Source: Terriglobia bacterium
GTDB taxonomy: Bacteria; Acidobacteriota; Terriglobia; JAJPHL01; JAPKYU01
DNA length: 64,000 nucleotides
NCBI GenBank assembly: GCA_965223005.1
Contig: CBDCVK010000006.1
Span: forward strand, 96,001-160,000
Reading direction: 5' to 3'
Below are positions 38,456 to 48,169 of this stretch, piece by piece. How positions within the stretch are numbered: position 1 is the stretch's first letter; each line of letters starts with the position of its first letter. The notes under the pieces were generated by a model, which saw only the letters and a list, made by a program, of their open reading frames with translations, searched no databases and was not told where the DNA came from. Position numbers and translations under genes: made by a program.

Positions 38456-39214
38456 TTAGAACGCAGTACCCAGTAACTTGACGGTGGCCACCAGCAGCAC
38501 GACTCCCAAAATGCGCCGCAGCCAGATACCCCGGAAGCGGCGGGCACCCAGCCAGGAGCCCAGCAAACCACCCGCAAAGGCGGCCCCCACGAGCCAGACC
38601 AGAGCCGACCAGTCCACCGATTTGCGCGACAGGTGGCCGTAAAGCGCGGCGGCGGAGTTGATCCAGATGAAGGCGGCCGAGGCGGCGGCGGTGCGCTTGG
38701 CGTCGGCCCACTTCAGCAGAATCAGCAGCGGGCTCAAGAAGATCCCGCCGCCCACGCCAATAACGCCGGACAGAAAACCAATGCTTGCCCCCATGGGGAG
38801 CGCCACCCGCAGCCCGGGAGGCTTGACGAAAGACTCCTCGTGTTTAGGTGGGAGGACCAGCAGCAAGCGGAGTGCCGCAAACACCAGGACGGCGGCCAGC
38901 ACGCCCATGTAGAGATGGACTGGGACCTCCGTCAGTCCTCCAAGGAACGCCGCGGGGATTGAAGCCAGCAGGAACGGCCAAAGCAGCCGGAAAACGAAAT
39001 GGCCAGCCCTCTGGTAGTGAAGGAACGACAGGCCAGCCACCAGCAGGTTGAGACAGAGCGCGCTGGGGGCCATCACCGTGGGTGCCAGGCCAAAGAAGCT
39101 GAGCATCGCCAGGTAGCCGGACGCGCCGCCGTGACCCACGGAAGAGTAGGCCACTGCCACCAGGAACACCAGCACCAGCAGCAGAGTGATCAGTTCCGGA
39201 GAAGCGGGAAACAT
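38456..39214 (-). CDS. Sulfite exporter TauE/SafE (TSUP) family protein
   Basis: YSSVGHGGASGY, GVGGGIFLSP; multiple TM helices. Confidence 0.88.
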   Translation of the reverse strand: MFPASPELITLLLVLVFLVAVAYSSVGHGGASGYLAMLSFFGLAPTVMAPSALCLNLLVAGLSFLHYQRAGHFVFRLLWPFLLASIPAAFLGGLTEVPVHLYMGVLAAVLVFAALRLLLVLPPKHEESFVKPPGLRVALPMGASIGFLSGVIGVGGGIFLSPLLILLKWADAKRTAAASAAFIWINSAAALYGHLSRKSVDWSALVWLVGAAFAGGLLGSWLGARRFRGIWLRRILGVVLLVATVKLLGTAF

Positions 39215-39302
39215 GCGGCCCCACCATACCACTCCCTGAGGACCTGAACGAAGCGGCAAGCGCAACAGTGATCTGCTGCGGGAAGCATCTTGCCTGTGCG
39301 GC

Positions 39303-40265
39303 TTAGACTTCGCTCTGGAAATATAGAGCCATGTTGCGGAATTTTTGCCGCCGGCGTTCCAACAGGTCTCGCGGCGGAATGCGTTCCAGTTCGGTCAGGC
39401 AGCGTTCCAGGACGGGTTCCAGGAGGGCGGCGGCCGCCCGGTGGTCAGTGTGGGCGCCGTGCGGCGGTTCCGGAACGATTTCGTCTATCAGCTTCAGGCC
39501 GAGCAGGTCCTGTGCCGTCAGCTTCAATGCTTGGGAAGCCAGGTCGGCTTTTCCGGAATCGCGCCAGATAATGGCGGCGCAACTCTCGGGGGAAATCACA
39601 CTGTAGATGGCGTTCTCCAAGATCAGGATGTGGTCGCCCACTCCAATGCCCAGCGCCCCGCCGCTACCCCCCTCCCCAATGCAAGTCACCACGATAGGCA
39701 CCGGCAGGCGAGCCATCTCCCGCAGGTTGCGGGCGATGGCTTCGGCCTGTCCGCGCGCCTCGGCGTCCGTGCCCGGGTAGGCGCCGGGGGTGTCGAGAAA
39801 GGTGAGGATAGGGCACCCGAACTTGGCGGCAAACTGCATCACCCGCAGGGCTTTGCGATAGCCCTCCGGCTTGCTCATTCCGAAGTTGCGGCGCAACTTG
39901 TCCTTGGTGGTTCGCCCTTTCTGGTGGCCCAGGGCGACTACGGGCCGACCGTGGAAGCGGGCCATGCCGCAGACGATGGCCGGGTCGTCGGCGAAAGTGC
40001 GATCGCCATGGACTTCGCTGAATTCTTGGAACACCAATCCTACCAAGTCCAGGAAATATGGGCGTTGTGGGTGTCGGGCCATCTGAACGCTCCGCCAGGC
40101 TGCCGGTGGCCCGCTGTCCTGTTGTGCCCGCATCTGTTCCACCATGGCATGAAGATGCCGCAGCCGCTCCTGCGTGGCCGGTTCCTGGCTGAGTTGCTCC
40201 AGTTCCCGAATTTCTTTCTCGACGGCCTCCAGATCTCTACCAGGCTGCTCCGGCTCAGACGACAT
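39303..40265 (-). CDS. accA: Acetyl-CoA carboxylase carboxyltransferase alpha subunit
   Basis: [37 protein letters not shown]. Confidence 0.96.
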   Translation of the reverse strand: MSSEPEQPGRDLEAVEKEIRELEQLSQEPATQERLRHLHAMVEQMRAQQDSGPPAAWRSVQMARHPQRPYFLDLVGLVFQEFSEVHGDRTFADDPAIVCGMARFHGRPVVALGHQKGRTTKDKLRRNFGMSKPEGYRKALRVMQFAAKFGCPILTFLDTPGAYPGTDAEARGQAEAIARNLREMARLPVPIVVTCIGEGGSGGALGIGVGDHILILENAIYSVISPESCAAIIWRDSGKADLASQALKLTAQDLLGLKLIDEIVPEPPHGAHTDHRAAAALLEPVLERCLTELERIPPRDLLERRRQKFRNMALYFQSEV

Positions 40266-40326
40266 TTCTTTTGTGGAAAACCTTTCCGCAGATTCCTGTC
40301 ACGATGCCGAGAACCCCTTTCCAGAG

Positions 40327-40427
40327 TGTCATTCCGAGGGCCGGCGCCGCCGGTTGGCCCGAGCAATCTGCTTCTCCGGCGAGGCGTGAAGTTGCAAAGC
40401 AGATTCCTCGCTTCGCTCGAAATGACA
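40327..40427. repeat. REP-like palindromic element
   Basis: TGTCATTCCGAG...GCAATCTGCT / AGCAGATTCCTCGCTTCGCTCGAAATGACA inverted arms. Confidence 0.8.
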
Positions 40428-40452
40428 ATTGGGCCGTTTGTTACGCAGGCTG

Positions 40453-43400
40453 CTAGATCACTACCACCGCGCCTTTGCCGCAGATGGTCTCCACCGCGGA
40501 CAGAAATTCCTTGTCAGGCCGGACCTTCAGGGTCGGCTCCAAGGTGACACGGAAGTCGCCTTCGCGGATGATTTCCAGGCGCACGTTGGCGCGGCCGGGC
40601 TTGCGCTGGAACAGGTCGGCCAGGCGCTGGGCGGCGCCGTTGCCGGACCCGTTGGCGCTTAGCCGAATGCGAATCACCAGATTCTCCGGCAGCTTCACTT
40701 CCACCGCGTCCAGGGCCACCAGGTCGCTCACGGCGATCTTTGGTGTTGTGTTTTCTTCCGGATGGATACGACCGCGCACAAAGATAGCCGCATCGGCCTG
40801 CATCCGCTCCGAGACGCGCCGGTAGGTTTCCGGGAAAATGAGCAGATCTACGAATCCGTGCAGGTCTTCTAGCTGAACGATCGCCCAGGGGTCACCCTTC
40901 TTGCTGCGCATCTGGCGAAGGCCAGCAATGAGCCCGCCGAGGGTCACCTCTTCACCGGCGGGGCGGTTCTCCAGGCTGGCCGTGTCCGCCGAGCAAATCT
41001 CGCGCAACTTCTCCAGGTAAGTGGCCAGCGGATGGCCGCTCACGTAAAACCCCAGTGTCTCCTTTTCGGCAGCTAGAAGCTGGCGCTCCTCCCATTCCGG
41101 AACGTCGGGTAACTGCCCGTGGGGATCCACGGACGCACCCGTCGCAGGCAAGTTGAACAGGCCCTGCTGGCCTGATTCACGGTCCCGTTGCACTTTGGCA
41201 CCAGCCTCCAACGCGCGGTCTAGCCCGGCCATCAACTGCGCGCGCCGGCCGCCGAGCGAATCCATTGCCCCAGCCCGGATCAGACTTTCCAGAGCCCGTT
41301 TGTTCAGGTAGCGCAACTCCACTTTTTCGCAGAACTGGAGCAGGGCAGTGAAGCGGCCGAGCTGACTGCGAGCCTCGAGCACCGCCCGGATGGCCTGCTC
41401 ACCGACATTCTTGATGGCGCGCAGCCCGAAACGGATCGCGTTGCCGGCAGGCGTGAAGTCAATCTCGCTCACGTTGACGTCGGGCGGCAGCACCGTTACC
41501 TCCATCTCCCGACACTCATTGATGTAGCGCACCACCTTGTCGGTGTTGCCGGTTTCCGAGGTCAGCAGCGCGGCCATGAACTCTACCGGGTGGCGCGCTT
41601 TCAAATAAGCGGTGATGTAGGCCAGATAGGCATAGGCCGCCGAGTGCGATTTGTTGAAGCCGTAGCCGGCGAACTGCTCCATCAAATCGAAAATTCGCGC
41701 AACTTTTCTCTGCTGGAAGCCCCGCGACACGGCACCCTTGACGAAGCGTTCGCGCTGTGCGGCCATCTCCTCGAGTTTCTTTTTCCCCATCGCCCGGCGG
41801 AGCAGGTCCGCTTCTCCCAGGGAATATCCGGCCAGGCGGTGGGCGATCTGCATCACCTGCTCCTGGTAAACGATGACCCCGAAGGTCTCTTCCAAAATCT
41901 CACGCAGTTCCGATAACTCGTAGGTCACCGGACGGTCGCCGTGCTTGCGCTTGAGGAAGTCGTCAATCATGCCGCCCTGGATGGGCCCAGGCCGGTACAG
42001 CGCATTCAGCGCAATCAGATCTTCCAGGCGGGTGGGCTGGTAGCGGCGGAGCAGGTCGCGCATCCCGGCCGACTCAAACTGGAACACGCCGCTGGTCTGG
42101 CCCCGGCTGAACAGCGCATAGGTCTCGGCATCGTCCAGGGGGATCTCCTCCAGCGTCAGGGCCACGCCCCGGGCGTGCAACAGCCGTAGCGTGTCGTCCA
42201 CGATGGTCAGTGTGGTCAGGCCCAAAAAGTCCATCTTCAACAAGCCGGCGTGCTCCAGGTCGTTCATGTCGAACTGGGTGACAATCTCGTCCTTGTTGGT
42301 CTTGTAGAGCGGCACCAGTTCGGTCAGCGGCTTTGGGGAGATCACCACGCCGGCGGCGTGGACTGACGCGTTGCGGACGAATCCTTCCAGCCGCCGCGCG
42401 GTGTCGACCACTTCCTGCAGTCGCCCGTCCCGCTCCACCGCGTCCTTGAGCGGAGCCGATTGCGCCAGGGCCTCGTCCAACGTGATGTTCAGTACATTGG
42501 GAACCAGCTTCGCCAGCCGATCCATCTCCCCGTAGGGAACGTCCATGACGCGCCCCACATCCTTGATGGCTTGCTTGACCCCCAGCGTGCCGAAGGTGAT
42601 GATCTGGGCCACGTTGTCGCGCCCGTACTTGGCGGTGACGTAGTCAATCACCTCACCGCGCCGGTTCATACAAAAGTCAATGTCAATATCGGGCAGGCTG
42701 ACGCGTTCCGGGTTCAGGAAGCGCTCAAACAGCAGGCCATAGTGGAGTGGGTCGAGGTCAGTAACTTCCAACGCCCAGCTCACCACGCTGCCGGCCGCCG
42801 AGCCGCGGCCTGGACCGACGGGGATATTGCTATTTCTAGCGAACTGGATAAAGTCCCATACGGTAAGAAAATAGCTCGAGAACTTCATCTTTTGGATGAT
42901 GTCGATTTCCTGCGCCAGCCGCTGCTCGTATTCAGCCAGCGTGTGCTTCACTCGCCCCTCACGCGCCAGCTCCTGCAGCTTCGCGCGCCGTTTCTCAAAC
43001 CCTTGGCGAGCGACTTGCTCGAAGTAGGAATCGAGCGTGTAGCCTTCCGGAACCACGAAACGCGGGAACGGTTCCTCGACCCGGTCCAGTTTCAAGTGAC
43101 AGCGCTCGGCGATGTCCAGCGTGCGCTCCAGGACCTCCGGAATTTCCCCGAACACCCGATGCATTTCGGCATAGGACTTCAGGTAGAACTCCTCAGTGGG
43201 AAACCGCATCCGGTTGGATTCGCCCACAGTCTTGCCGGTCTGGATGCAAAGCAGCACGTCGTGGGCTCGGGAGTCACCCCGCTCCAGGTAGTGGGTATCG
43301 TTGGTGGCCACCACCGGGATGTTGGTTTCCTGCGAGAGCCGGTACAAGTTGGGATTGATGTGACGTTCCAAGTCCAGGCCCTGGTTCTGCATCTCTAGGA

Positions 43401-43914
43401 AAAAGTTCTCGCGGCCGAAGATGTCCTGGAAGGTGTAAGCCAGGCGCTTGGCCGCGTCGTACTGGTCGGCGGTCAGTGCCTCAGCAATCTCGCCGCGGAG
43501 GCAGGCAGACAGGCAGATCAACCCACGGCTGTGCTCCGCCAGCAATTCTTTGTCAACCCGCGGCTTGTAGTAAAAACTTTCCAGATGGCTGGCCGAAACC
43601 AGCTTGCAAAGGTTCCGGTACCCGGTTTGATCCTCGCAAAGCAGCAGTAGGTGGTTGTAGCGGTCCCGTTCGGAGCGGCTGTGGCGGCTGCCCCGAGCCA
43701 CGTACATCTCACAACCGAGGATGGGCTTGATGCCCGCCTTCTGGGCGGCCTCGTAGAACTTGAAGGCGGCAAACAGGTTGCCATGATCGGTGACCGCCAC
43801 GGCGGGCATGCCTTGCTCCCTGGCCTTTTCCACCAGCTTCTCAATGCGACAGGCGCCATCGAGCAAGCTGTAGTCTGTGTGCAGGTGCAGGTGAACGAAT
43901 TGCTGCCGGCTCAT
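40453..43914 (-). CDS. dnaE: DNA polymerase III alpha subunit
   Basis: HLHLHTDYSLLDG PHP domain, GPGRGSAAGS, PDIDIDF, KMDFLGL, FNKSHS. Confidence 0.97.
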   Translation of the reverse strand: MSRQQFVHLHLHTDYSLLDGACRIEKLVEKAREQGMPAVAVTDHGNLFAAFKFYEAAQKAGIKPILGCEMYVARGSRHSRSERDRYNHLLLLCEDQTGYRNLCKLVSASHLESFYYKPRVDKELLAEHSRGLICLSACLRGEIAEALTADQYDAAKRLAYTFQDIFGRENFFLEMQNQGLDLERHINPNLYRLSQETNIPVVATNDTHYLERGDSRAHDVLLCIQTGKTVGESNRMRFPTEEFYLKSYAEMHRVFGEIPEVLERTLDIAERCHLKLDRVEEPFPRFVVPEGYTLDSYFEQVARQGFEKRRAKLQELAREGRVKHTLAEYEQRLAQEIDIIQKMKFSSYFLTVWDFIQFARNSNIPVGPGRGSAAGSVVSWALEVTDLDPLHYGLLFERFLNPERVSLPDIDIDFCMNRRGEVIDYVTAKYGRDNVAQIITFGTLGVKQAIKDVGRVMDVPYGEMDRLAKLVPNVLNITLDEALAQSAPLKDAVERDGRLQEVVDTARRLEGFVRNASVHAAGVVISPKPLTELVPLYKTNKDEIVTQFDMNDLEHAGLLKMDFLGLTTLTIVDDTLRLLHARGVALTLEEIPLDDAETYALFSRGQTSGVFQFESAGMRDLLRRYQPTRLEDLIALNALYRPGPIQGGMIDDFLKRKHGDRPVTYELSELREILEETFGVIVYQEQVMQIAHRLAGYSLGEADLLRRAMGKKKLEEMAAQRERFVKGAVSRGFQQRKVARIFDLMEQFAGYGFNKSHSAAYAYLAYITAYLKARHPVEFMAALLTSETGNTDKVVRYINECREMEVTVLPPDVNVSEIDFTPAGNAIRFGLRAIKNVGEQAIRAVLEARSQLGRFTALLQFCEKVELRYLNKRALESLIRAGAMDSLGGRRAQLMAGLDRALEAGAKVQRDRESGQQGLFNLPATGASVDPHGQLPDVPEWEERQLLAAEKETLGFYVSGHPLATYLEKLREICSADTASLENRPAGEEVTLGGLIAGLRQMRSKKGDPWAIVQLEDLHGFVDLLIFPETYRRVSERMQADAAIFVRGRIHPEENTTPKIAVSDLVALDAVEVKLPENLVIRIRLSANGSGNGAAQRLADLFQRKPGRANVRLEIIREGDFRVTLEPTLKVRPDKEFLSAVETICGKGAVVVI

Positions 43915-44086
43915 GCTCAGACCGGATTGTAACAGAAACTGCCGGCCGGCTGGCGCGTTCCCATCACGGAGCTACAAACGATTCGCAGTTGAGAAAGGCC
44001 TCGGAATCCGGCTGGGGAACCTGTGGATTTGCCATACGCTTTGCGCAGAACTTGAGCTAGGATGGCTGCCCGGGTTGGCTTTCTTT

Positions 44087-44119
44087 GCCGAAGTTGGGCC
44101 AAAGCTGGGCCGAAGTTGG
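44087..44119. repeat. 11-bp tandem repeat x3 (GCCGAAGTTGG)
   Basis: GCCGAAGTTGG-GCCAAAGCTGG-GCCGAAGTTGG in the dnaE upstream region. Confidence 0.8.
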
Positions 44120-44180
44120 CAAGCGTTGGCCAACGTCGCGTGTGAGGAATCCGCATACCCAAGAGGTTTAGCCTGAGGCG

Positions 44181-44462
44181 ATGCGCGCAACTATTCAAGT
44201 AGAGAAGAAGAAAGAAGGCGAGTTCCTGGTGACGGTTGCGGAGGGCGGGACCCGGTCCTCTCACCGGGTCACAGTCCGGCAAGACCACTATGAGAAGCTG
44301 AGCGGAGGGAAGGTCTCGGTGGAGGAGCTGGTTCGACGGTCCTTTGAGTTCCTCCTGGAACGCGAACCCAAGGAATCCATTCTCGGCCAGTTTGACCTCT
44401 CGGTCATCGCGCGCTACTTCCCTGACTACGAGCAACTGATCCAGAAGCGGTTGGCCAGCTAG
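44181..44462 (+). CDS. Small conserved hypothetical protein
   Basis: HRVTV...EELVRRSFEFLLEREPKESILGQFDLSVIARYFP; TAGCCT 6 nt before the ATG. Confidence 0.75.
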   Translation: MRATIQVEKKKEGEFLVTVAEGGTRSSHRVTVRQDHYEKLSGGKVSVEELVRRSFEFLLEREPKESILGQFDLSVIARYFPDYEQLIQKRLAS

Positions 44463-44500
44463 CTCAGCCGACAGGCGCAAGCGGGCGGCCACATCTGCGC

Positions 44501-44519
44501 TGCCCTGTTGGACAGGGCA
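44501..44519. terminator. Hairpin between convergent genes
   Basis: TGCCCTGT-tgg-ACAGGGCA, adjacent to the original kinase stop codon (44522-44524). Confidence 0.45.
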
Positions 44520-44562
44520 CGCTATAGCTCCGGTGGCACGTTCCGCAGCTTGACGTCGGCCC

Positions 44563-44763
44563 GTCGAGCGACGCGTGGCGGCGTAGGGCATGGACGCTGC
44601 CGTCCCTGTGGACGCGGAAAACGCGTCCACGAGTGACTTGGAAAACCGCACAGGACGCGGTTTCCCACAGCGTCCACACCCATTATCGCGTTCATGAAAG
44701 GAAGAAAAAAGAGAGAGACTCAACCAACGTAACTAAACCGTCCACTGAATCGGATCAGGCTCA
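44563..44763 (+). mobile_element. IS3-family right-end remnant
   Basis: Final transposase-like codons (PVERRVAA*), stem-loop-rich 3' region, terminal ...GTCCACTGAATCGGATCAGGCTCA resembling an IS3 IRR (ends in CA). Confidence 0.6.
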
Positions 44764-44808
44764 ATGAGAAGCTGAGCGGAGGGAAGGTCTCGGTGGAGGA
44801 GCTGGTTC
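44764..44808. repeat. 45-bp exact copy of 44290-44334
   Basis: ATGAGAAGCTGAGCGGAGGGAAGGTCTCGGTGGAGGAGCTGGTTC at both positions. Confidence 0.95.
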
Positions 44809-45894
44809 CGGCGTTGCAATAGGCGGCCAGCAGGGCGCCGGTTGCAGGAGCGAGCGCGGGCGGCAGCACGCGGTGGTAGCCCTGCCCTGCTGCCCGACCA
44901 ACCGGCGGAAGCGGTCCCGTACCAGTGTGCTCTTGAAGACGCCGCCACTGTAGGAGACCAGCGCATGTTCTCGCGGGCGGAAGATGCGGCGGCGGACGCG
45001 CGCCACCAACTGCGCCAGTTCGCCGGCTCCCGAGCGCAGGATTTCGCGCGCCACCCGGTCGCCGGCGCGCGCCGCTTCATCCACCTGCCGCGAGAAAGAT
45101 GCTACCCGCTCGCGTGGGAACTCCGCGGTGTACCACTTGTGGAGTGCCTCGTTGAGGCCGGTCGCGCCGGTGAAGGCGAGGAGGCGCTCACGCAGTTTCG
45201 TCGGCGGCCCCCAGCCCTCCTCGTGCCGCAGAGCCGCGACCAGCGCCGATCGTGCCAGGTCCAACCCACTCCCGGCGTCGCCAATCAAGTAACCCCAGCC
45301 GCCAGCTCGCGCTGTTTTCCCACGGCCGTTCATCCCGAAGGCGATCGAGCCGGTCCCGGCGACCACAATGATGCCGGGTCGTCCTTCCGTCGCTCCGATC
45401 AGTGCACCAGCCGCGTCGTGAGAGACTTCCAAGCGGCGTGCCGAAATCCACTGCCGGATGAGGACCACCTTGTCCTCAGCCCCGCCGGCCATCCCAAAGA
45501 AAGCGCTTTCAAACTGGGGTAGCCCTTTGGTTCCGCCGAACGGGGAGTTGTTCCAGGCGGCGGAGACCGAGGTCAGCAGGGCCTGGCGCAACCGTGCCGG
45601 GCCGCCCGGTCCGGCCACGTGGTTCGATGGGCCAGCCGCCCCGTAGCCGATGACCACACCACGTTCATCCCCAATCAGCGCGATGGTGGAGGACTGGCCC
45701 CCGTCGACTCCCAAAAAAAATTGCGGCATGGAATCTGCTCAGCGCCCTCTTCAACCAGCAGCCGTTTCCAAACGCGATTCAGCGTGAAGGCCGATTTCCC
45801 TCAAAGATCTTACGCCGGGCGCCGACCCAAGTGGATCAACTTTCGCATTCCCCTCGCGGCGGGAGAAGGGGGCAGCGTTTCACTGGGCCTGGTT

Positions 45895-46638
45895 TCACCG
45901 GTCCTGGATTCGGCGGGCATTGCCGTCCGCGCCAAAGGTGACCACCAGCGGCGGACGCCCCGGAGGCCGAAACTCCACCACCCGGTCACTTCCTGCGGCG
46001 GCTGTTTCCTTAGGGAGCAGGCGTCCGAAGCCCACTGCAAACGAAATCTGCGTCTCGGTCATTCCTTCCTTCACCTCCTCGCGCTCGACGGCTTCCCAGG
46101 CTTCCTGCGGCCAGTGTGAGTAAAGCTCCCTAGGGTTTTTCAGGAAAAACATCTCGTCAAAGTAGAAACGGCACGAGTCACGACGACGGTCACAATGCCC
46201 GATGGTGATTGCACGCAGCGTTGGCGACGGGACCGGGTCTTCGAAGATAAAGTTGATTTCGTCCACGCCTCGCCGTTGGGTGGGCTCGCGGACCACGTCG
46301 GCGATGGTGATTCTCTGAATCGGAGCCAGCAGCGGGGGATCCTCGATTTCGTGGCTGCGGCGCCGGCGGGCGTCAAAGGGGAAGTGCCCATACCGGTAGC
46401 CGTCGCGTATCCAGACCGCGCTCCCTTTGAGCTTCTGCGCACTGCGGAAGGTGGAGAGATAGGCGCGCGGAATGTGGACGAAATAATCGGCGGGAATCGG
46501 GCGGGAGGCCCCCTCGGCTGAGCGCAGTGGTTGTGGAGGGCGGCTTCGTTGATAGAAGATATGTGCCAACCGAAGGGCAGCCACAATCAAGGCGCCGGCC
46601 AGAAAGATCTGGACCCACCGTCGGATCGGGGCCTGCAT
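45895..46638 (-). CDS. Membrane-anchored hypothetical protein
   Basis: N-terminal TM; FDEMFFLKNPRELYSHW...VKEGMTETQ. Confidence 0.7.
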   Translation of the reverse strand: MQAPIRRWVQIFLAGALIVAALRLAHIFYQRSRPPQPLRSAEGASRPIPADYFVHIPRAYLSTFRSAQKLKGSAVWIRDGYRYGHFPFDARRRRSHEIEDPPLLAPIQRITIADVVREPTQRRGVDEINFIFEDPVPSPTLRAITIGHCDRRRDSCRFYFDEMFFLKNPRELYSHWPQEAWEAVEREEVKEGMTETQISFAVGFGRLLPKETAAAGSDRVVEFRPPGRPPLVVTFGADGNARRIQDR

Positions 46639-46641
46639 TGC

Positions 46642-47343
46642 CTAGCGGTCGGCCAGGATCACCGAGGAAGGATAGAAGGTTTGGGAAACCACCTCATGGT
46701 GCCGGATGCGAAAGCCGCCGTCCTCCAGGAAGCCTGGCACCTCGGGGGCTACCCGCCGGCCCCAATAAGAAGGCACGGCGGAGCCCAGGTGGCCATAGAT
46801 GGCGTTGAACGCGGGGCTGCCCTCACCGTCGTTCACCATTAGCAGCTTGCCGCCCGGCCGCAGCACGCGGTGGAATTCGCTGAGGGTGCGCCGGATGTCA
46901 TCAGGGGAGAGCACACAAAACATGTAGCAGTTGAACAGGGCATCAAAGGTGTCCGCAGCGAAGGGCATCTGGCGCGCATCCACCGCCTGCAGCGAGAACT
47001 GTCCGTGGCCGTTGTTTCGGCTGCCGTTGCGGCCATGGGCGCCGTTCAGCCGCTTCTTCGCTACCGAGACCATGCCCGGGGAGAGGTCCACGCCCACACT
47101 CAGTCCGGTTCGGTTCCGCTTCAGCAGCTTTCGGAACAGATCGCCCGAACCGACGGCCACTTCCAGCACGGTTCGTCCTTCCAGAGATCCGGCTAGTTCG
47201 ACAGCCCGGCGGTGAGCGCGGCTGTGGAAGAGCAAGGCCGTGAGCGGATACAGTGGTGCCGCGCGATCGTAAACACGCTGCGTCAGGTGGCTGGAAAACA
47301 ACTGCAAGCGTTGGCCGCGCAACTTTAAGCTGTCAGGCGTCAT
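46642..47343 (-). CDS. Class I SAM-dependent methyltransferase
   Basis: VLEVAVGSG, GVDLSPGM, RVLRPGG. Confidence 0.85.
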   Translation of the reverse strand: MTPDSLKLRGQRLQLFSSHLTQRVYDRAAPLYPLTALLFHSRAHRRAVELAGSLEGRTVLEVAVGSGDLFRKLLKRNRTGLSVGVDLSPGMVSVAKKRLNGAHGRNGSRNNGHGQFSLQAVDARQMPFAADTFDALFNCYMFCVLSPDDIRRTLSEFHRVLRPGGKLLMVNDGEGSPAFNAIYGHLGSAVPSYWGRRVAPEVPGFLEDGGFRIRHHEVVSQTFYPSSVILADR

Positions 47344-47438
47344 CGTGAACCTAAGTGCTTGTTGCTCAAAGCTGCTAAGCTACACTCGATTGCGGCCGAG
47401 CACAAACATTTTTTGAGGCTCGGCGCCCAAACTCTAAC

Positions 47439-48092
47439 ATGCCCTTGAATACCACCGCCGCCGTCGCTTTGCAAGAGCAGCTGCGTCATAGCGTCGTGCG
47501 CCGCGACGCCTTTGGCAAGGTGCGCTGCGTCGCCGGCGCAGACGTAGCCTTCGACCCGGTACGGCGTCTGGCCTACGCTGCAGTGCTGGTGTTTCGGTTT
47601 CCCTCACTGGAGGAGGTCGAGCGCTCGTGGGTTTCCCGCCCGATTCTGTTTCCTTACGTGCCCGGGCTACTGACCTTTCGCGAAGCGCCGGCGGTGGCTG
47701 ACGCGGTGGCCGGTTTGCACACCCGCCCCGACCTGCTGCTGGTGGACGGACACGGCTATGCTCACCCGCGCCGCTGCGGCTTGGCGTCTCACCTGGGCCT
47801 GACGCTGGAGCTGCCCACGATTGGCTGCGCCAAATCCATTCTGGTTGGCCGGCACGGGCGCTTGGGAGTCACCCGCGGCGCCGTGACCCATCTATGCGAT
47901 CGCGGCCGGGTGATCGGCGCGGCGCTGCGATCTCGCACCGGTGTGCGCCCCATTTTTGTCTCCATAGGCCACCGGGTATCACTCTCCCGCGCCATCCGCT
48001 TTGTCCTGGCCTGCGGCGACGGCTATCGCCTGCCGCGTCCCACCCGGCTGGCTGACCATCTTGTGGCGGAAGTCAAGCGCCATGCGCTCTAA
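47439..48092 (+). CDS. nfi: Endonuclease V
   Basis: VAGADV, FPYVPGLLTFRE, DGHGYAHPR, GCAKS, PTRLAD. Confidence 0.93.
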   Translation: MPLNTTAAVALQEQLRHSVVRRDAFGKVRCVAGADVAFDPVRRLAYAAVLVFRFPSLEEVERSWVSRPILFPYVPGLLTFREAPAVADAVAGLHTRPDLLLVDGHGYAHPRRCGLASHLGLTLELPTIGCAKSILVGRHGRLGVTRGAVTHLCDRGRVIGAALRSRTGVRPIFVSIGHRVSLSRAIRFVLACGDGYRLPRPTRLADHLVAEVKRHAL

Positions 48093-48169
48093 TCTCCGCC
48101 TAACCCCCGCGCGTTCCTGACAGGCACTGACGGTAGCCGCTGCGGCGCGGGTGATACAATAACGTTCGT

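Larger units (their letters stand above)
44522..45729 (-). pseudogene. BadF/BadG/BcrA/BcrD family (GlcNAc-kinase-like) ATPase, disrupted near the 3' end
   Basis: LGVDGGQSST, AGTGS, RAGGWGYLIGDAGSG, SGGVF; frameshift near 44880-44890 (GCAGG duplication); the tail VLPPALAPATGALLAAYCNAG continues as ADVKLRNVPPEL* at 44560-44522, beyond the insertion. Confidence 0.75.

Noticed and set aside
40271-40280. DnaA-box-like TTTTCCACA near accA/dnaE (oriC?)
   Set aside because: Single mismatched box; no cluster, AT-rich unwinding element or dnaA
39345-40547. 400-aa plus-strand ORF (also 4604-5515, 11332-12243, 42460-43398, 55192-56016, 61246-62013, 62080-62991)
   Set aside because: Antisense shadows of well-supported genes in high-GC DNA, with no recognisable motifs
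43917-44723. 268-aa minus-strand ORF
   Set aside because: Crosses the IS remnant, the antisense strand of a real gene and a promoter region; no coherent domain
45713-45720. A8 tract at the 5' end of the kinase gene as a phase-variation site
   Set aside because: In frame (QFFL) and short; the gene is disrupted elsewhere
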